This document shows positions 29,731-39,121 of a DNA stretch of 64,000 bases, in pieces; within the stretch, counting starts at the first letter, position 1; each line of letters begins with the position of its first letter. Location of the stretch: IMG/VR virus record IMGVR_UViG_3300008117_000011, positions 1-64,000 of that record; one strand, given 5' to 3'. Both the position numbers and the translations under genes were made by a program. Below the pieces are notes generated by a model. It had not been told where the DNA came from, ran no database searches, and worked only from the letters and a program-made list of their open reading frames with translations.

Positions 29731-30414
29731 TTACATTACTTTATTTAAAAATATTTTGATTGCGTCTATTATTTTTTGTTCGTTATGGTCAAAATCTTTT
29801 TTGTAAATATTAAAAGGGTCAATTACTTCAAATGTAATTAAAACATCAAAGATTATTGCTATTTGGTGTCTTTCATTGATCCCTTTTTCTATAGCCCATG
29901 TTTTTCCATTTTTTTCAAAAAAAAGGGTTTTAACAATTCTAGATGTTTTTTCATCTCTAACGGGTATTTTTTTAACTTCAAAACGTCTTTTTAAAAAATT
30001 TAGTATTTTTTTAGTTATATATTCAGTTTCTTCTCTTAATACTTTTCTTATTGATTCTTGTAGGTTCGTATATAGTTCTGATATTAATCTTTCATATCTA
30101 ACCTTGATTCTATCTTTATAATATTCTTCTAAACTTTTTTTAGCGTCAACATACCATTGGATATCTCCCGGTATTGTACTATATAATTCATAATGGATCC
30201 CATCAATTAAAATTGAAATTGTTACTTCTACAAATCTTTTTAAACTCATAGCGTCCCCACCATTTTTAATTAAATTAAAAAACATATTTGATGCCATATC
30301 TAATGACTCCTCAAACTCTCTTTCTAAATCCTCGTGTGGTACTCTACGTCGGATTGCTAACATAAAATTGGTTTCTTCCCTTAATATTCTTCTTATGGAT
30401 TCTTGTAGGTTCAT
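29731..30414 (-). CDS. MNLQE-leader two-module fusion
   Basis: Leader + RRR domain, internal NLQESIRKVLREE, then a domain paralogous to 52956. Confidence 0.8.
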   Translation of the reverse strand: MNLQESIRRILREETNFMLAIRRRVPHEDLEREFEESLDMASNMFFNLIKNGGDAMSLKRFVEVTISILIDGIHYELYSTIPGDIQWYVDAKKSLEEYYKDRIKVRYERLISELYTNLQESIRKVLREETEYITKKILNFLKRRFEVKKIPVRDEKTSRIVKTLFFEKNGKTWAIEKGINERHQIAIIFDVLITFEVIDPFNIYKKDFDHNEQKIIDAIKIFLNKVM

Positions 30415-30418
30415 CTAT

Positions 30419-31522
30419 TTATGATTTAATTATTCTCATAATATTTTTAATCCTTTTAATATGTTCATTTAATCTTTGATTATTACCTAATTTTTGAAAA
30501 AACCAATTATACAATTTATTTTTTTTCATATTTTCAAGTGATTCATAATCTTCAAACTGAACATATCTGTCATGAACATCTTTTAATTTTTCAAAAGAAC
30601 AATCACATCTTTGACCTTCTTTATATATTTTATTTTCAAAATAATCAAGTTGTTCTTTGTATTCACTATTATTAGGATTATTATCTAATCTATTTTTCCA
30701 ATATTTTATATTATTAATATAAGTCTCATAATCACTATTAGTATTATCCACAACAGCCGTCATACTACGAGGATTTTGACAAATTGGGCAATAGTACCCC
30801 CATGACCAATCAGACATTTTTTCTGGTTTTTCTCCGTCAGGGTTACATTTTTTACAGACCTCAGATTTTTTTACCATTCCTTTTGGGTAATCGGCATCAG
30901 AACTCACCCATGGCATCATTGCGTCTGAACTACATTGATTACAAACATCTCTGTATTTACCTTCTTTTCTATTTTTGTAATATTCATCATTTTCTTTTCT
31001 TTTCTTATCTTGTTCTTTGTATGTTTTATAATGTCTACCACCAAACAAATAATCAAAATAAACTTTATTACCCATATAATTTACAACATCATCATTAGGT
31101 GTCCATATTGGAACATCTTCAACACTTTTAAAAATATTCATCTCTGAACCATCATAATCTGTGTAAGGTAAATATTCTCCCCTTTTTTTAAGCCATTCTT
31201 GATAAAACTTACCAGCGGCATCTTGATTTCCATTAAAAAATTTATCAACCAAAATATCTTGCATAATATACCTATCAAGTGGTCTATTATTTTTATCATC
31301 TTCTATTGCACTAATAGCCTTAAAATTATCTATTGCCCTCTGTCTAACATCATCAGTCCTACCAAAAGTATTGGGTCTTGTTGGACTAATTGGCTTTCCA
31401 TAACCTTTTTCTTTTAATACGGTTTCCAATTTATTTAAAAATTTTGATGGGTCACCTTTTACGTAGTTATCGTAAAAAACATTATCAATAATCTCATTCC
31501 AATTTATTTCTTTATCTTCCAT
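30419..31522 (-). CDS. Cys-rich (multiple CxxC) hypothetical protein with C-terminal leader-like motif
   Basis: CNQC, CKKC, CPIC, CDC; ends LNEHIKRIKNIMRII. Confidence 0.75.
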   Translation of the reverse strand: MEDKEINWNEIIDNVFYDNYVKGDPSKFLNKLETVLKEKGYGKPISPTRPNTFGRTDDVRQRAIDNFKAISAIEDDKNNRPLDRYIMQDILVDKFFNGNQDAAGKFYQEWLKKRGEYLPYTDYDGSEMNIFKSVEDVPIWTPNDDVVNYMGNKVYFDYLFGGRHYKTYKEQDKKRKENDEYYKNRKEGKYRDVCNQCSSDAMMPWVSSDADYPKGMVKKSEVCKKCNPDGEKPEKMSDWSWGYYCPICQNPRSMTAVVDNTNSDYETYINNIKYWKNRLDNNPNNSEYKEQLDYFENKIYKEGQRCDCSFEKLKDVHDRYVQFEDYESLENMKKNKLYNWFFQKLGNNQRLNEHIKRIKNIMRIIKS

Positions 31523-31532
31523 ACTATATAAT

Positions 31533-31571
31533 TTATTTTAATATTCTTCTTATGTTTTCTTGTAGGTTCAT
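31533..31571 (-). pseudogene. Orphan leader mini-ORF MNLQENIRRILK-stop
   Basis: DNA essentially identical to the leader of 34142-34657 but ends in TAA where E is expected. Confidence 0.6.
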
Positions 31572-31951
31572 ATTACTATATTTCTAATTTGTTTACCTCT
31601 CATTCCTTCAGTGGTCTGGCCAGAATAAAATGATTCACCCATAATAAATATTCTTTTTCCTTTATGTTCCTCCAAGAATGATAAAATAAATTCCATTGCC
31701 GTTAACACAGTATCTACCATTTCGTATTGAAGGCCATCTTGGTCAATAAGTTCTTTTCTTATAGAATTAAATTTTGATGTCAACTGGTGTTCTATAATTC
31801 TAAATACCGTATTTGTTCTAGCAATAAACTGTTTACCATCAATTGTAATCAAAGGAGAATCAATTATTTCAAATTCATATGTTGTATCTCTTCTTATAAT
31901 TGTCTCAATTTGATACTCCAATATTTCGTTAAGTTCTTCTTGTAGGTTCAT
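31568..31951 (-). CDS. MNLQE-leader protein
   Basis: MNLQEELNEILE. Confidence 0.75.
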   Translation of the reverse strand: MNLQEELNEILEYQIETIIRRDTTYEFEIIDSPLITIDGKQFIARTNTVFRIIEHQLTSKFNSIRKELIDQDGLQYEMVDTVLTAMEFILSFLEEHKGKRIFIMGESFYSGQTTEGMRGKQIRNIVI

Positions 31952-31995
31952 ATGTTATAAATATATCATACCTAGATTACCTAAGTATAATATAC

Positions 31996-32295
31996 CTATT
32001 TGTTGTATATCTTCCCCCTAATACTTTTACCATATTTATTTTTTATATATTCATATAACCCGGAATGAATTTTTTTCATCTCCTCTGTTTTTGAAAGCCA
32101 GACAATGAATGTATCCATATTAAGACTTTCGGTCATAATGTGATTTGAAATATCTGTTATTAGTCTATGTTCCCACACATCCGGTTTAAGTGTTTTAGAA
32201 AGCATCTTTGACCCATTACAATTTAAATATAAATTAAATACCTCATCAATTAATGGTACTCTTCTGGCAATTATGTGTTTTACGTCTGGACCCAT
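31996..32295 (-). CDS. 'RR' family protein without leader
   Basis: HIIARRV...YIKNKYGKSI. Confidence 0.65.
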   Translation of the reverse strand: MGPDVKHIIARRVPLIDEVFNLYLNCNGSKMLSKTLKPDVWEHRLITDISNHIMTESLNMDTFIVWLSKTEEMKKIHSGLYEYIKNKYGKSIRGKIYNK

Positions 32296-32373
32296 TTTTT
32301 AAAGATAATAAAACTACCCATAATAAAAAAGGGGACCTATATCTGGTCCCCTTTGTAATGTGTGATAAATATA

Positions 32374-32709
32374 TTAATCACCACAATGAAGGTGATAGTA
32401 TTGTTTTACTTTATCTCCGAATATATCTTTGATATAATTTTCCATTGCTTTGTATGCCTGTTCCCACTCCGGTGTTGCATAACTAATATGCTCCTCAAAA
32501 TATGCGTAGTACATATCTTCTATTACACCGGCTGTAAGATGTATTAAAACCTCATCCCCATTTCTATAGCGACAAATCTTCTCAGGACGATATGTTGTTG
32601 ACATATGGTAATATATCAAGTCTTCTAAATTAACAATTCTTCTTCTTATGTAGTGCGGAAGATTTGTTTCTTCTTTTAGAACTCTTCTTATGTTTTCTTG
32701 TTGGTTCAT
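32374..32709 (-). CDS. MNLQE-leader RRR family protein
   Basis: MNQQENIRRVLKEETNLPHYIRRRI. Confidence 0.8.
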   Translation of the reverse strand: MNQQENIRRVLKEETNLPHYIRRRIVNLEDLIYYHMSTTYRPEKICRYRNGDEVLIHLTAGVIEDMYYAYFEEHISYATPEWEQAYKAMENYIKDIFGDKVKQYYHLHCGD

Positions 32710-33572
32710 TATTTATTGTGATATATATTATATAACTCTTTAATTTCGTCCTCAAATACATTGGAAACTTCTGTAACAAATTCTATTTCTTCTTCCGATG
32801 GTAAATCTTCCCACCCAAGTTCATATTTATTCCAAATAATTGCTTCCACAGCCCTTAAAGTTAATTCATATTTAAATTGTTCATAACTTTCCGTTTCGTA
32901 ATATACTTGATCGGCATTTATTGGGAGCAGGTATTTAACCTCATCTAAATCAATTCTCCTATGAAAGAATTTTGATTCATTTAATATTCTTCTTATGGAT
33001 TCTTTTAATCCTAATAAATCATCCATACTAATTGTTGCACTATCATTACCTAGTTTATTAAGCATATCCGCAAATACATTAGGTTCTTCAGGTGTTTTTG
33101 GTTCTTCATATTTAGTTTTGTTACTTGGGTATTTTCCTGTTTTTTGATAAACCTCCATATCATCATCTTTTTGTTCGTCAGAACTAATTAATTTAAGAGC
33201 CGAAGGTGGTATTGGGTCTAAAGTTACATAGTATTTAAAATCATTCCCATCATCTTTATGTATTGGGTCATGAAACCATTGGTTATTTATTTTAGATAAA
33301 TCTATTTCCCATTCATCCCCACCAAAAAAACTATATTCAGGGTCTGAAGCAAAGACCATTGGTAATGGGTCTGAATCAGGAAAATTATGAGACATATAAT
33401 TTGAGGTGTATTTACCAACTTTGGGTAATAACCCGTGTTTTTGGATACTTTCTCTATTTTTATACGTTGTTCTATGTCGTAACACCCCTTTTGGATGTGC
33501 GGGAACTAAAACATCTCTTAATTGTTTAACCTCTTCCCTTAATATTCTTCTTATGGATTCTTTTAAGTTCAT
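32709..33572 (-). CDS. Leader-tagged ADP-ribosyltransferase-like (Tpt1/KptA-type fold) domain fused to RRR domain
   Basis: LRHRTT..NRESIQKHGLLPK...VFAS...WEIDL...IPPSAL; internal LKESIRRILNE; start re-called. Confidence 0.55.
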   Translation of the reverse strand: MNLKESIRRILREEVKQLRDVLVPAHPKGVLRHRTTYKNRESIQKHGLLPKVGKYTSNYMSHNFPDSDPLPMVFASDPEYSFFGGDEWEIDLSKINNQWFHDPIHKDDGNDFKYYVTLDPIPPSALKLISSDEQKDDDMEVYQKTGKYPSNKTKYEEPKTPEEPNVFADMLNKLGNDSATISMDDLLGLKESIRRILNESKFFHRRIDLDEVKYLLPINADQVYYETESYEQFKYELTLRAVEAIIWNKYELGWEDLPSEEEIEFVTEVSNVFEDEIKELYNIYHNK

Positions 33573-33612
33573 ATGTAATAAATATATTATTATTCTTATA
33601 TTTGTGGATATT

Positions 33613-34155
33613 ATGGATTGTATCGTCACCGAAAATAAAAAATCAAACACCATTAAACTTATTCATAGTAAAATAAGTGAGTGGGGAGTAATTGGTGCTA
33701 GTCAAAGACTTGGTCTTTCTATTGATAAGTTTGTTGAACTTGGTGTTTTTAACTATCGTTTTGACACATTTCTTAATTACACAGATCTTCTTTATTTATC
33801 ACTATATGTTGTTGAAAAGAGTGGTCTGGTAAGTAAAGTTGATGAGACTTATGATTTTATGTGGTGGGGTGGGAATTCTAGGATGTATTTTGATTGTGCT
33901 GACTTAATTAATAATAATACTATGGTCGGATATGGAACACCATATTATGATGATATTCCTTATCTGGAGATTGAATCTGAAGTTTTTAATAAGTATTCTA
34001 TTGATTTTCGTAGAACTTATAAGTTAAAGTCCATTTCAGAATTTAAATCATTTAATGAATTTGAATCTTATATCTTAAATGATGTGTCAAAACTTGTATC
34101 AGACACAATCTTTGATGTTATTGAAAGAGTTGAAAGGGAAATTAAGGAAGGGTAA
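33613..34155 (+). CDS. 'GYATP' family protein with degenerate leader
   Basis: MDCIVTENKK; VGYGTPYY; TATATTTG upstream. Confidence 0.7.
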   Translation: MDCIVTENKKSNTIKLIHSKISEWGVIGASQRLGLSIDKFVELGVFNYRFDTFLNYTDLLYLSLYVVEKSGLVSKVDETYDFMWWGGNSRMYFDCADLINNNTMVGYGTPYYDDIPYLEIESEVFNKYSIDFRRTYKLKSISEFKSFNEFESYILNDVSKLVSDTIFDVIERVEREIKEG

Positions 34156-34657
34156 CTGATGGTTCAAAACTTATAATATAATCATCTTCGTCTAATTTAA
34201 GTTGTCTTGCCAAATCATATGTAAAATCCTCAAATAGATATTTTAACTCCCATTTCATTGCTTTAAGATTAAAACCATCTTCACCATCTTTCAGATCTGC
34301 CAAATCATATGTTTTTTCCTCCCCATTCCTTAATGTAACTGTTACTGTTCCTTCTAATATCTTATAATAAAAGGTCATAGTCCCATACATATCAAGTTCT
34401 ACGTGTCTTATCTGGAATTTAAAATCGTATCCTTCTGTGTAGTCAGATTTAAAGTCATTTGATGAAAATATTTGATTCTGGAGATGTCGTCCAAGAAGTA
34501 TTGTTGGTCTTTCATTTAAAATCTTTCCCAGATTATTAATTCCATTTACTTTTTTTGCAACCGGAATGATACCATCCTTCTTAATCATCTTAAGTAGCCT
34601 GGACTGGATGGATGTTTCTTCTTTTAATATTCTTCTTATGTTTTCTTGTAGGTTCAT
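34142..34657 (-). CDS. MNLQE-leader protein (GYDF...EGTV family)
   Basis: Paralogous to the C-terminal half of 39709. Confidence 0.8.
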   Translation of the reverse strand: MNLQENIRRILKEETSIQSRLLKMIKKDGIIPVAKKVNGINNLGKILNERPTILLGRHLQNQIFSSNDFKSDYTEGYDFKFQIRHVELDMYGTMTFYYKILEGTVTVTLRNGEEKTYDLADLKDGEDGFNLKAMKWELKYLFEDFTYDLARQLKLDEDDYIISFEPSVTLP

Positions 34658-34983
34658 TTTTTTTTCATATTTCTATAATACATAATAAGAACTGGATCAT
34701 AAACTGATATCATATGTTTTACAAATGTATCTATATCTTCTTTTGGTAATTCTTTCTCAATCTCAATATTGTATTTGTTAAAAATATAGTTCTCTAGCGT
34801 TGCCTCAACTAATTTGTATTTGAACTCTTCTAGTGAGTTTGAATCGTAATACATATATGGAATTCCCTTTCTCATCATTTTCTCAAATTTATGATGATCA
34901 ACCCTTCTAGTGAAAAAATAAGGTAGTTTATTGTTTTCGGTTTCTTCTTTTAATATTTTTCTTATGGTTTCCTGTAAATTCAT
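34654..34983 (-). CDS. MNLQE-leader RR family protein
   Basis: MNLQETIRKILKEE...LPYFFTRRV. Confidence 0.8.
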   Translation of the reverse strand: MNLQETIRKILKEETENNKLPYFFTRRVDHHKFEKMMRKGIPYMYYDSNSLEEFKYKLVEATLENYIFNKYNIEIEKELPKEDIDTFVKHMISVYDPVLIMYYRNMKKK

Positions 34984-35176
34984 ATAACAATAAATATATA
35001 ACCGGGAGGTTTAATTAATACTTTTTTATTGTCATAAATGGGATATATACTCGGATTTTTTCCGATTATATATTTAAAATTCGTCATTAAGTCCGGCAAC
35101 TGTTATAAGTATAATCCCAACAATTAAAATTAGTGTCATATTATTTTTTACTGAGATATAAGTAAAAAATAATTAA

Positions 35177-35515
35177 TTATCTATAAATGTGTGTATACTC
35201 TTTTTTGATTTTATCATCAAAGTATTCCGAAAGGGCTGAAAAGGTCTCCTCATGCCATTCTTCATTTTCATCAAATGATGTATATAACTGCCAGTGAAGT
35301 CCATCAATTGTCATTGATATTACAACAAATTTATATCTATCTAAATCTGGTTTTGTTCCAGTTCTTGAGTATTCTCTTTGGAACATTTCTTTTGCTGAGT
35401 CTAATGACGATTCAAATTCTTCTTCAATATCCTCTTGTGAAACCCTACGTCTTATAAATGCCGGAAGTTTTGTTTCCTCTTTTAATATTCTTTTTATGGA
35501 TTCTTTTAAATTCAT
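35177..35515 (-). CDS. MNLQE-leader RRR family protein
   Basis: Start re-called; close paralogue of the first module of 29731 (IDGLHWQLY / IDGIHYELY). Confidence 0.8.
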   Translation of the reverse strand: MNLKESIKRILKEETKLPAFIRRRVSQEDIEEEFESSLDSAKEMFQREYSRTGTKPDLDRYKFVVISMTIDGLHWQLYTSFDENEEWHEETFSALSEYFDDKIKKEYTHIYR

Positions 35516-35665
35516 ATAATCATAAATACTATTAGAAATAAAAAACCCCATCTTTATCAGATGAGGTGATAAATTATTTCATCGTTTAGATTGAGGTAAT
35601 AAACCCACACCGTCACACCCGGTATTTGGCGGTCAGATTATTTATTAGGAGTTCTGACATCCTTT

Positions 35666-36040
35666 TTACATATCAAAGTATTTATACATACTACAATCAG
35701 CATTATTGTAATATTCTTTTATTTCTTTATCAAACATTCTTTTAATATTATAAAGTAACTCACCATAAACTGCATATTCCTCGTCCTCATCTTTTCTATA
35801 GTACTCCGGAAATATCTCAAGTGTTCTTTCAGCAACTGCTCTTACAACAACACTCCAGTAAAGTTGTAAACCATACTCAGGATCCTTATCTTTATACTTA
35901 TCTTTCCAGTAACAAGGTTCCTGGTCCTCAAGTTCTTGTTTTAATATTTTATCTACACTATCAAATCTTCTAATTATGAACATTTCATAATCATTTCTTT
36001 CTTCTCTTAGAACTTTTCTTATGGATTCTCTTAAATTCAC
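35666..36040 (-). CDS. MNLQE-leader RR family protein
   Basis: MNLRESIRKVLREE...FIIRRF. Confidence 0.8.
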   Translation of the reverse strand: MNLRESIRKVLREERNDYEMFIIRRFDSVDKILKQELEDQEPCYWKDKYKDKDPEYGLQLYWSVVVRAVAERTLEIFPEYYRKDEDEEYAVYGELLYNIKRMFDKEIKEYYNNADCSMYKYFDM

Positions 36041-36498
36041 TTATATGTTGTTTCAGGTATTTTATTAATATCTACATCATCTATTAGTAGCTGGACCACA
36101 TACTTTCTTCTAATAATTACTTCTATGTCCTCAATCAAATCTGAATAATATGAATGTATTCTTTTATCTGTTGATACAATTTTTGCACTTACACTAAATG
36201 TTGGCATTTTTTTACTAGTATAGTATTCTGCTTCACCTGTAACATTTTTAATTGATGTTATTTTAAATTCTTTAATTGTATCTATAATATCACAAGTAGT
36301 TGGTGACAACCATTCATTATTAATTGCAAAGTCAGCAAAGTCCATATATTGATCCTGGGTTTTACAAAGTTTGTTAGTTGAGGTGATTACCTCATCAATT
36401 ATCTTTTGAAATCTCTTAACTAGTTTATCGTCACTTTCATTAAGTTCAGATACATTCATTAAACCCTTTATTCTTGACAGCTCTTCATTTAATTTCAT
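36037..36498 (-). CDS. Leader-tagged protein, paralogue of 44659
   Basis: MKLNEELSRIKGLM; W.S...CD.I..I..(F/I)K shared. Confidence 0.75.
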   Translation of the reverse strand: MKLNEELSRIKGLMNVSELNESDDKLVKRFQKIIDEVITSTNKLCKTQDQYMDFADFAINNEWLSPTTCDIIDTIKEFKITSIKNVTGEAEYYTSKKMPTFSVSAKIVSTDKRIHSYYSDLIEDIEVIIRRKYVVQLLIDDVDINKIPETTYK

Positions 36499-36536
36499 AT
36501 ATATAAATATTTATATGTAACCTATTTTGTAAATAA

Positions 36537-37115
36537 ATGAAATATATAATCACAGAAAGTCAATTAAGTAGAACCAAAAACTTTGTTTTTAATAAGATAG
36601 ATGAGTGGGGTCTTTGGAAAACAATTGACAGACTTAATTTAAATATTGATACTCTTGATAGAATTTTTGATGGTGGTATGCCAGATTGGTTTAATTGTGG
36701 TGTACTTAATGATTTAATCAAGTTTTACTATAGTAAAGGAGAAATAAAACTAAATAAAACTAAAGAAATAGATGGTGTTTTATATGGTTTAAAATGTGAT
36801 TGGGATGACTTTGGTAATGCAAACTATTTTAAATTAACTAACTTTGAAACTAAAGAGGGTATTAGCGGTTATGCCACACCATACTGGGAAGGTAATTGTT
36901 ATTTACCAATTGATGCCGAATATTATACATACGATGCTGAAGAAGATTTTAACGAATTTAATTTTCACGAATACGAAACTTTTAATTTAAAAAGTAAATT
37001 TTCTTCTTTTAGGGAATTCAAAGAATACGCCGATAATGAAATCCCTGATATAATAATAAATTACATAGTAAGAATATTACCTAAGACAAGAGAAGAGTCC
37101 GGGAGTTGGGATTAA
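36537..37115 (+). CDS. Leader-tagged 'GYATP' family protein
   Basis: MKYIITESQL; SGYATPYWEG. Confidence 0.8.
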   Translation: MKYIITESQLSRTKNFVFNKIDEWGLWKTIDRLNLNIDTLDRIFDGGMPDWFNCGVLNDLIKFYYSKGEIKLNKTKEIDGVLYGLKCDWDDFGNANYFKLTNFETKEGISGYATPYWEGNCYLPIDAEYYTYDAEEDFNEFNFHEYETFNLKSKFSSFREFKEYADNEIPDIIINYIVRILPKTREESGSWD

Positions 37116-37116
37116 A

Positions 37117-37455
37117 TTATAAACTAATTGTAACCCCAACAAACATAACTAAAGCTCCGGTAACAATTGGGTAAAATCTTGGTTGAGAATAAAATGGTTT
37201 CTTTTCAGTTGTAGATCCTCCAACATAAACCGGTGGTGTTAGAACTCCGGCTAATATAAATGCTGCCCCACCCATTAACATTCCACCGCCAACCGAAATT
37301 CTAGATTGTGGTGAAGAATCATATGGAGGAAGATTAAGTTGCACCTTAGTTGTTTGTATTTCTTTTACTGGTGTAAAATCAAACGATTGGTACGAATCTT
37401 GAGAAAAACAAGTAAACGTAAATAAACTTAAAAGGATAACCAATATATTTTTCAT
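37117..37455 (-). CDS. Secreted/membrane protein with signal peptide
   Basis: MKNILVILLSLFTFTCFSQ; two C-terminal hydrophobic segments. Confidence 0.75.
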   Translation of the reverse strand: MKNILVILLSLFTFTCFSQDSYQSFDFTPVKEIQTTKVQLNLPPYDSSPQSRISVGGGMLMGGAAFILAGVLTPPVYVGGSTTEKKPFYSQPRFYPIVTGALVMFVGVTISL

Positions 37456-37586
37456 AGTTTTTGATAAATTTTAACGACAGTTGTTGTATCTGTTTTTTGT
37501 TTATGATTTCCGTAAGCATCACAATCAATTTTTTTTGATGATTTACAGGCAAATAGTAGTGGTAAAATAATTAATAGTTTTTTCAT
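37452..37586 (-). CDS. Small lipoprotein, 44 aa
   Basis: MKKLLIILPLLFAC...CDAYG; ATGA overlaps at both ends. Confidence 0.65.
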   Translation of the reverse strand: MKKLLIILPLLFACKSSKKIDCDAYGNHKQKTDTTTVVKIYQKL

Positions 37587-37744
37587 CCTTGAGGTTGTTT
37601 TTGAGTTTTCTTTTTATTTATAAATTTCCTAATCTCAACACCAAGGTCCTGATCATTAGCATATTGTTTAACTAGTTTTTCAATTATCTCCAGTTTTAAG
37701 TTCTCCTGGATATAACAAATTTTATTCAGACTATTGTTTTCCAT
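37583..37744 (-). CDS. Small hypothetical protein, 53 aa
   Basis: IEKLVKQYANDQDLGVEIRK read by hand. Confidence 0.6.
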   Translation of the reverse strand: MENNSLNKICYIQENLKLEIIEKLVKQYANDQDLGVEIRKFINKKKTQKQPQG

Positions 37745-37798
37745 CTTTCCAATCATTAAATGTCATATCAAATCCCATATCTTATCTTGTTTGTCTTA

Positions 37799-37830
37799 CA
37801 AAGATAAGAATATTATTTTATATTTCCAAA
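37799..37830 (-). promoter_or_regulatory. Bacteroidota-type promoter
   Basis: TTTG-N20-TATCTTTG. Confidence 0.7.
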
Positions 37831-37833
37831 TTT

Positions 37834-38322
37834 TTATTTAACAATTTCCCAACAAGTTTTATCAGCAACCCCCAAATCGTATGGACATCGTGTTTTAACC
37901 CCCTCTCTCAATCCAACAACACTATATTTATCACCACCTTTAATTATACTTGTTTTACCATTGGTATCTTGATACATACTACGAACATGAACAATACATT
38001 CTCCCCCAACAACTGAACAAAATACATCACCTCTGTTTGTTCCACTACTCGGTAATCTTAAAATTGTTCCCTTTGGTATGTCAATTGTTTCGGGTGTGTT
38101 ATATGAATTTGAAGTTCCTTTCAAATCTTTCTTTGCTCGGATAAGTATATCACCCTTTAATTCAAAATTGGGTTTCCTTTCCTCAAGAATATCCAAACTA
38201 TCTTTTGTTAATCGGCTTAACACTTGTTTGTCATCCAACTCATTTACCAATATCTCATTTAGAGTATCAGTATTACCACTCGCAAGTTCATCAGCAATTT
38301 GCTTAATCAATAAATCTCTCAT
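37834..38322 (-). CDS. Hypothetical protein, probably early
   Basis: Start re-called at MRDLLIKQ after host-type promoter. Confidence 0.7.
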   Translation of the reverse strand: MRDLLIKQIADELASGNTDTLNEILVNELDDKQVLSRLTKDSLDILEERKPNFELKGDILIRAKKDLKGTSNSYNTPETIDIPKGTILRLPSSGTNRGDVFCSVVGGECIVHVRSMYQDTNGKTSIIKGGDKYSVVGLREGVKTRCPYDLGVADKTCWEIVK

Positions 38323-38346
38323 AACGTTTGTTTTAATTAGAAAATA

Positions 38347-38377
38347 CAAAGATAAGAAAAATGTTTTGATTTGCAAA
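38347..38377 (-). promoter_or_regulatory. Bacteroidota-type promoter
   Basis: TTTG-N19-TATCTTTG. Confidence 0.7.
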
Positions 38378-38380
38378 GGA

Positions 38381-38707
38381 TTATTTTTGTTTGTTATACC
38401 AATTAATGAACTTCACAACACCATCATACGCAATATTAATTTCACAAGAAAAAACAGTTTCTTCAAGATCCCTAAGTATGTAAATATCATTTGCATCTTT
38501 TGGATTACTCAATAGGTTCTTACACGTTTTAACTACTGGCATCAACCATTCCCAAGACTTATTATATTTCATTTCATTAGGCTCTAAGAAAGGAAAATCC
38601 AAATCATAAAAATAGTATCTATCATCATTTATACCTTCGTGATATCTAAGTGTTTTAATACCCATAAAGTCCGCGATCATTACATTCTTTTCTTCAATTG
38701 TTACCAT
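38381..38707 (-). CDS. Conserved phage hypothetical protein
   Basis: N..IADFMG...KY..SW.WLMPVV...V.FI.WYN pattern common in Bacteroidota phages. Confidence 0.75.
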   Translation of the reverse strand: MVTIEEKNVMIADFMGIKTLRYHEGINDDRYYFYDLDFPFLEPNEMKYNKSWEWLMPVVKTCKNLLSNPKDANDIYILRDLEETVFSCEINIAYDGVVKFINWYNKQK

Positions 38708-38712
38708 ATCTC

Positions 38713-38793
38713 TTAGTCTTTTCTATTTATATTAATACCTATGATAATTCCCGTGATTATCCCAATCGCTAACATTAATGTTTCTATATTCAT
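38713..38793 (-). CDS. 26 aa hydrophobic micro-protein
   Basis: MNIETLMLAIGIITGIIIGININRKD; between repeated AAGAGATATG starts. Confidence 0.5.
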   Translation of the reverse strand: MNIETLMLAIGIITGIIIGININRKD

Positions 38794-38808
38794 ATCTCTT
38801 ATTGTTTA

Positions 38809-39030
38809 TTACTCATTAACTGAACCGTAGGTTTTACCCCAAAGACCAGTAACGATTACTTGTGTCTCTTTAAGCGGTAATGGTTCATTAATTTTGGTTT
38901 TACCTAACACCAATAACATACCTTCAATCGCACCCAATCGTCTTAGAATATCTTTACTATTGTGTTTTTGATCGTGCATGTTAATAATGATAATTGAAAT
39001 GTCTTTTTTGATTTCTTCTCTGGTCTTCAT
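38809..39030 (-). CDS. Small hypothetical protein
   Basis: Start re-called at MKTREEI after TATCTTTG. Confidence 0.6.
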   Translation of the reverse strand: MKTREEIKKDISIIIINMHDQKHNSKDILRRLGAIEGMLLVLGKTKINEPLPLKETQVIVTGLWGKTYGSVNE

Positions 39031-39121
39031 ATCTCTTATTGTTTCTACAAAGATACAACGCAAATAAAAAACCCACAACCTGTTAAAGTGTGGGTTTTGA
39101 TCTATTTTAATAGACAAAAAA

